Positions 63,851 through 64,000 of a stretch of DNA of 64,000 bases are shown in pieces. Below the pieces are notes generated by a model. It saw nothing but the letters and a program-made list of their open reading frames with translations. It was not told the DNA's origin and searched no databases. This DNA comes from Eledone cirrhosa (Eukaryota), in assembly GCA_964016885.1 (NCBI GenBank), contig OZ024756.1, positions 7,936,001-8,000,000 on the forward strand. Direction: 5' to 3'. Position 1 is the stretch's first letter; each line of letters starts with the position of its first letter. The position numbers and the translations under genes are program-made.

Positions 63851-64000
63851 AATATCTAATCTATAGTCTTACTATATCACACTCTCTACATTATCTAATC
63901 TATAGTCTTACTATATATATCACACTCTCTACATTATCTAATCTATAGTTTTACTATATCGCACTCTCTACATTATCTAATCTATAGTCTTACTATATCG

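Larger units (their letters stand above)
1..64000. repeat. Tandem satellite array, 39/43-bp monomer TCACACTCTCTACATTATCTAATCTATAGTCTTAC(TA)2 or (TA)4; runs off both window ends
   Basis: The core ...CTACATTATCTAATCTATAGTCTTACTATA... recurs about every 39-43 bp from base 1 to 64000 in one orientation, with no interruption seen. Confidence 0.99.

Noticed and set aside
1-64000. CRISPR array (repeat length near 40 bp with a dyad)
   Set aside because: Units abut directly with no unique spacers, and there is no leader or cas gene.
1-64000. Telomerase-synthesised long telomeric repeat
   Set aside because: Variants are inherited in ordered multi-kb blocks, which indicates DNA-level duplication rather than repeated copying of one RNA template.
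1-64000. TATA boxes or -10 promoter elements (TATATA, TATAAT)
   Set aside because: They are part of the repeat unit, and no downstream gene is present.
1-64000. Inversions or transposon insertions inside the array
   Set aside because: No G-rich reverse-orientation tract or non-satellite segment was seen by eye.

Overview
The whole 64 kb window is one uninterrupted, head-to-tail, single-orientation AT-rich tandem satellite. I found no unique sequence, credible gene, RNA gene, transposon or CRISPR array. The consensus monomer is TCACACTCTCTACATTATCTAATCTATAGTCTTACTATA (39 bp; A12 C10 G1 T16). A common 43-bp form carries an extra TATA, and there are minor length variants of about 32-45 bp. That gives roughly 1,550-1,600 monomers. 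Diagnostic variant monomers show kilobase-scale higher-order repeats (HORs) and duplications, with periods of 3947, about 2733, 2647, 2781, about 2332, 1320 and 569 bp, and long-range copies offset by 23,957, 11,362, 4361 and about 3550-3590 bp. The array changes from near-identical recent expansions (1 to about 29 kb), through a mosaic zone, to a more diverged layer with different variants (after about 45 kb). This resembles eukaryotic centromeric, pericentromeric or subtelomeric satellite DNA. I do not recognise the family or the organism. The three listed ORFs are by-products of the 39-bp (13-codon) unit. Periods were hand-counted from marker motifs, and block boundaries are approximate.
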